NCBI RefSeq assembly: GCF_018350175.1
Contig: NC_058384.1
Span: 68,758,001-68,822,000 of the forward strand
DNA from: Felis catus
Lineage: Eukaryota
DNA length: 64,000 nucleotides
Reading direction: 5' to 3'
The notes beneath the pieces are model-generated. The model saw only the letters and a program-made list of their open reading frames with translations. It ran no database searches and had not been told where the DNA came from. The number at the start of each line of letters is the position of its first letter. Position 1 is the first letter of the stretch. This document shows, piece after piece, positions 59,649 to 64,000 of this stretch. The translations under genes were made by a program, and so were the position numbers.

Positions 59649-59760
59649 GGGGTGCCTGGCTGGTTCAGTCCATAGAGTATGCGACTCTTGATCTTGGGGT
59701 TGTGAGTTCAGGCCCCATGTTGGGTGTAGAGGTTACTTAAAAATAAAATCTTAAAAAAAA
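59649..59760 (+). mobile_element. Short Can-SINE with TSD AATTTAGGA
   Basis: SINEC head, polyA tail, duplicated flanks. Confidence 0.88.
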
Positions 59761-60646
59761 GAATTTAGGAATGTTGACTACCTAGTTTGTGAAATAAGAT
59801 TATGTCAGAAAATTCAAAGCTCTGATCAGTGATGTGGGGTTATTCTTCCAGTTCATGGAATATAGATCCCAGGTGTTTTTCCCTATCCTAGATTTTTTCA
59901 GTCTAGGAAAATGACAGTTAATCACTCTGATAAAGAGAAAACTTGGTTTTCTTCTCCTGTTCTACCTGTCAGAGCTTTGTAACCACTTAAATCCACTGGT
60001 TGTGGAGAACTAAAATACCCTGACCATTTGTATATTCATAGAATGTTTGTTGCACACCTACTATGGGAAAGACATATGTAGGTGTTGTAGAGTGTAAGTA
60101 TAGAGATAAATGAGATAGAGATAAATGACACAACCTCAGTCTTGAAGACGATGTATAGCCCAGAAGAGAATGTGTCTTAAAATAACTATACTACTTGACA
60201 CAGTGTATGTATAAATTAAGTAACAGCATATTAGGACCAAGTGCCTTTTAAGTAGGAATAGTGCCTTTATTCAGCAGTTTTTACAGTTCAGGTGTAAGTA
60301 TGAGACAGGCTTAGCAAATCCTGAGTATACTACTTTCAAAATCTCTCAATGTTTGCCCCAGTTGCTTAGTTTTAGCTATCGTGATTGCTTGCCCATATTC
60401 ATTTAATACCTTGGATATGCTTTTAATGATGACTGACAACTTACTGAGCTTTTCTATGTGCCAGGCACTATTCTAAGCACTTCACCTTAATTAACTTGTT
60501 TAATCTTTGCAATATTCTAAAGGTAGATGCTGTTATCATTCCCATTTTACAAATGAAAACAAGTCCTGGAGAAGTTCAGTGACTTGCCTGTAGCCACGGA
60601 CCTGTAAGCACAAGAGCTGGGATAAGGGGTCGGAAAGTCTGACCAG

Positions 60647-61094
60647 AGGGACGCCTGCTGGCTCAGCTGGTTAAGATTTGACTCTTGATCTTGGCTCAGG
60701 TCATGATCTAACGGTTTGTGGGATCCAGCCCTGTGTGGGGCTCTGCACTGATAGTGTAGAGCCTGCTTGGGATTCTCTCTCTTTCTTTCTTTCTTTCTTT
60801 CTCGGCCCCTCCCCCACTTGTGTGCTTTCTCTCTCTCTCTTTCTCAAAAATAAATAAACGTTAAAAAAATGTTAATAAACGGTGGGGTTTTTTTTGTTTT
60901 GTTTTGTTTTGTTTTGAGAGGGAGAGAGCGCGTGCGCAGGTAGGGGCAGAGAGAGAGGGAGATGCAGAATCCAAAACAGACTCCAGACTGAGCTGTCAGC
61001 ACAGGGCCCGATGCCGGGCTCAAACCCATGAACTGTGAGATCATGACCTGAGCCGCAGTCGGACTCTTAACTGCCTGAACCACCCAGGCACCCC
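60647..61094. mobile_element. Tail-to-tail Can-SINE pair (+60647-60870, -60886-61094) inside a MIR remnant
   Basis: Opposed SINEC copies with MIR-like flanks at ~60430-60640 and ~61120-61170. Confidence 0.88.
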
Positions 61095-61718
61095 AAAATA
61101 ATTAAACATTAAAAGAAAAAGAAGGTCTGACTCTTAAGCTCAAACTCTTGCGCATTATGCTGTACTCTTCTATGTGTGTGTGCGCTTGCATAGGTATATA
61201 GATGATACACATGTGTGTGTCATTGTTTAGTGTCTGTAATACTTCATTGTGTTGATATGCCTTAATTTACTTAATCTCTTTCCTCTGAGGGACAATTAGG
61301 ATGTTTCCAGTGTGTGTATGCACGTATGTGTTTTGTCGTAACCAGGGTTCCACTGAAACATCTTACATACGTCTTTGTACATTATAGTGTATCTGTAAGT
61401 AAAATTTCTAGAAATGTAATTTTTGGATCAAGGGTATACGTATTTAATATTTTGTTGGATATTATTAAATTACTCTCCAAAAATGTGTACCAGTTTACAT
61501 TCATACCAACAGGCTGTGAGAGTTTCTAAAACCACCCAGTTTTAAATTTGATGGAAGTAGTGTGGCTGGACAGTGATGAGAATTGTCTTCAAGTATCTTT
61601 GGGAACACTATGTACTTTATTAGTATTTCTTTTCTTAAAAGCAGGTATCTTTGAGTTTTGATTGTTGGCCACGTGACTAACCAATTGTTGGAAAGAGGAG
61701 TAGGCATCTAAAAAAATT

Positions 61719-61870
61719 TGGGGGGCTCCTGGGTGGCTCAGTTGGTTACATGTTGCGTCTGATTTCATGGTTTGTGAGATCGAGACCCCTGTGTTGGGCT
61801 CTGTGCTGACAGTGTAGAGTCTGCTTGAGATTCTTTCTCTTTCAAAATAAAAATACTTAAAAAAAAAGAA
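61719..61870 (+). mobile_element. Degenerate Can-SINE
   Basis: GGGGCTCCTGGGTGGCTCAG head with A-rich tail. Confidence 0.8.
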
Positions 61871-62584
61871 AAAATTTTCATGTTTGGAATGTGCCTCACC
61901 TCTGCCAGTTGTCAAAATCTAAATGTAAAAGTTTTGCTACAGTCATCTCTTGTCACCACAGTCTTTTTAGATCAGAACAGCTCCAGGAGTAAGGAGCACG
62001 TACAGTTCCCAGTCACTGACTGCTCACGTGGAAACCCCTACTGGAGTTCTGGCTGAACTCCCAATAGGCAGAGGCAGAGAGTTAAACACTCCTCTGTCGG
62101 GAGGGTCATGCTGTTTTCAGGAGATGGGTAAGACCAAACGTCTTGTACAACTTAGATTTCCTTTTGACTAGTTTTCCTGCCTGTGGGTCATTTATTTGTC
62201 TTCCTCATTCGGTTTCTATGCATTTAGAGTGAAGGCAATTTGTTTTATTTAATAGCTTTATTTTATTTTATTTTATTTTTTTAGTGAACTTAGAACTTAT
62301 TAGTAGGCCTTAATAGGGTTAGAATAGAGGGGTTAACTTTGGTGGTACCACAGTCCCACATTCTTTATTTTATCCTATATTCAGAGCCTGCTGTACAGAG
62401 TAAAATGAAACAAACTTAGTTTTCATAAACCTCCTTAGGGAATAATAGGAAATTTGAGTAATTCAGGTCCATGAGATATTCAAAGTTACCATCTCCCTTG
62501 ATTACAAAAACATTGGAGACTTTCATTAATTATTGTTGGTGGTATTCTCTTGCTTAATTCCTATTCAAGAAGTCTGTTATCTTA

Positions 62585-63010
62585 GGGGTGTCTGGGTGGC
62601 TCAGTCAGTTGAGTGTCCCAACTACCACTCAGGTCATGGTCTCAAGGTTCGTGGGTTTGAGCCCCGCGTCAGGCTCTGGGCTGACAGCTCAGAGCCTGGA
62701 GCCTCCTTCGGATTCTGTGTCTCCCTCTCTCTCTGCCCCTCCTCTGCGTGTGTGCGTGCTCTCTTTCTCTCTCTCTCTCTCAAAAATAAATATTTTAAAA
62801 AATTGAAACAAAAAAAGTCTGTTATTTTAAAATACTTCCAAGGAGCAGAGCTTGTCTTCTGGGCCAGCTAATATCAATTCTATCCATCTCTCTCTGTTTT
62901 TTTTTTAAGATTTTATTTTTAAGTAATCTTTGTACCCAACATGGGCTCAAACCCACAACCCCAACATCAAGATCACAGCCCTACCAATTGAGCCGCCAGC
63001 CAGGCGCCCC
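62585..63010. mobile_element. Can-SINEs (+62585-62815 with TSD AAGTCTGTTAT; short -62897-63010)
   Basis: SINEC consensus and TSD. Confidence 0.88.
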
Positions 63011-63282
63011 TATTATCAGTTCTCTTAAGGTTTGGATTATTGAGATCTTTCCTTTTGCTGATTGATCAAAAGATTTATATACACTATTTATCTTTATCTT
63101 TCCTTCTGCCTGACACTGGTTTTTGGAAATGAAAAGGAAAAGCAACTGTAATCAATTGTCTTATCAGTACCGACCTATTTGTGGCATAAGCTTCAATGAA
63201 GGCAACTGCAGAGGAGTTTCTAATTTTAGAATGTTGAAAGCTTAACACTTTTGATAGTTGGGCTGAGATTTATTCCTGGAGG

Positions 63283-63335
63283 GTTTTTTTTTTTTTAAGT
63301 TTGTTTGTTTGTTTGTTTGTTTATTTATTTATTTT

Positions 63336-63368
<33 letters not shown>

Positions 63369-64000
63369 CGAGAAAGAGAAGCCCAAGCAGGCTCTGCACC
63401 ACCAGCGCAGAGCCTGATGTGGGGCTCAAACTCACGAATGGTTAAATGACCCAAGCTGAAATCAAGAGTCAGATGCTTAACTGACTGAGCCATCCAGGCA
63501 CCCTCTTTAAACCTTAAGGGAAGGGAAAATTTTTCTCATCCATTTACTTAAATTGGTAGCCTTCTCCCCCTGCCCCCACCCCACCCTCAACACTCTGCAT
63601 TTTTTTGGATAAAATTAGCTTAGGGGCACTTTGGAGACTTCACTTGGGAAAAGGGGATAATATCAATAAAGGGAAAGTGCTAGTGTTCATCAGAGTAAAC
63701 TCTGTGGAGGTAAGAACTATGCCTTATCCACGGTTGTAGCCCTTGCACCTAGAACAGTACCTGCCATATGATGTGTGATTAATTTGTTGTGTGAATAGGA
63801 AATTGAAAATTTAAATTGTGGTATACTCATAATTGGCTTTTTTTTTTTAAAAGGTTATTATTTTGAGAGAGGGAGTGGGAGCATGAGTGGAAGAGAAGCA
63901 GCAGGGATGGGGGGCGGTGGGGGGGGGGGGTAGAGAATCCTAAGCAGGCTCCGTTCTGTCAGCACGGAGCCCATCCTGGGGCTAGAACTCACGAACTGTG
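63283..64000 (-). mobile_element. Two minus-strand Can-SINEs (63283-63503; 63838-64000, truncated by the window end)
   Basis: polyT/(GA)n tails and SINEC bodies. Confidence 0.88.

Larger units (their letters stand above)
48400..64000 (+). other. GATAD2B: Probable large first intron of GATAD2B (non-coding, repeat-rich)
   Basis: No recognisable coding exons; AT-rich with dense SINE/LINE content; assignment rests on synteny. Confidence 0.55.

Overview
Mammalian genomic DNA from a carnivore. The Can-SINE family and sequence style point to a felid; this is an inference. The window is syntenic with human 1q21.3. I reconstructed the spliced genes by hand and checked phase at every junction: RAB13 (+, exons 2-8), JTB (+, 146 aa), CREB3L4 (-, 395 aa), SLC39A1/ZIP1 (+, 323 aa), CRTC2/TORC2 (+, 698 aa) and DENND4B (+, 1483 aa). 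After these comes a gap-containing CpG island (~46-48.4 kb) followed by a long AT-rich, SINE/LINE-dense non-coding stretch, by synteny the GATAD2B promoter and first intron. There are no prokaryotic features, and most long entries in the ORF track are GC-rich artefacts. Most notable observations: (1) a U12 AT-AC intron in CRTC2 containing a nested, frame-preserving GT-AG pair (candidate twintron); (2) a 27-bp coding tandem duplication in CRTC2; (3) a GC-AG intron in JTB; (4) overlapping JTB/CREB3L4 3' ends; (5) a DENND4B polyQ position that reads (CGG)4(CAG)3; (6) an alternative N-terminally extended DENND4B start plus uORFs; (7) serial and nested SINE insertions. I found no wholly new gene system. 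All comparisons with human proteins are from memory and need to be verified by alignment.
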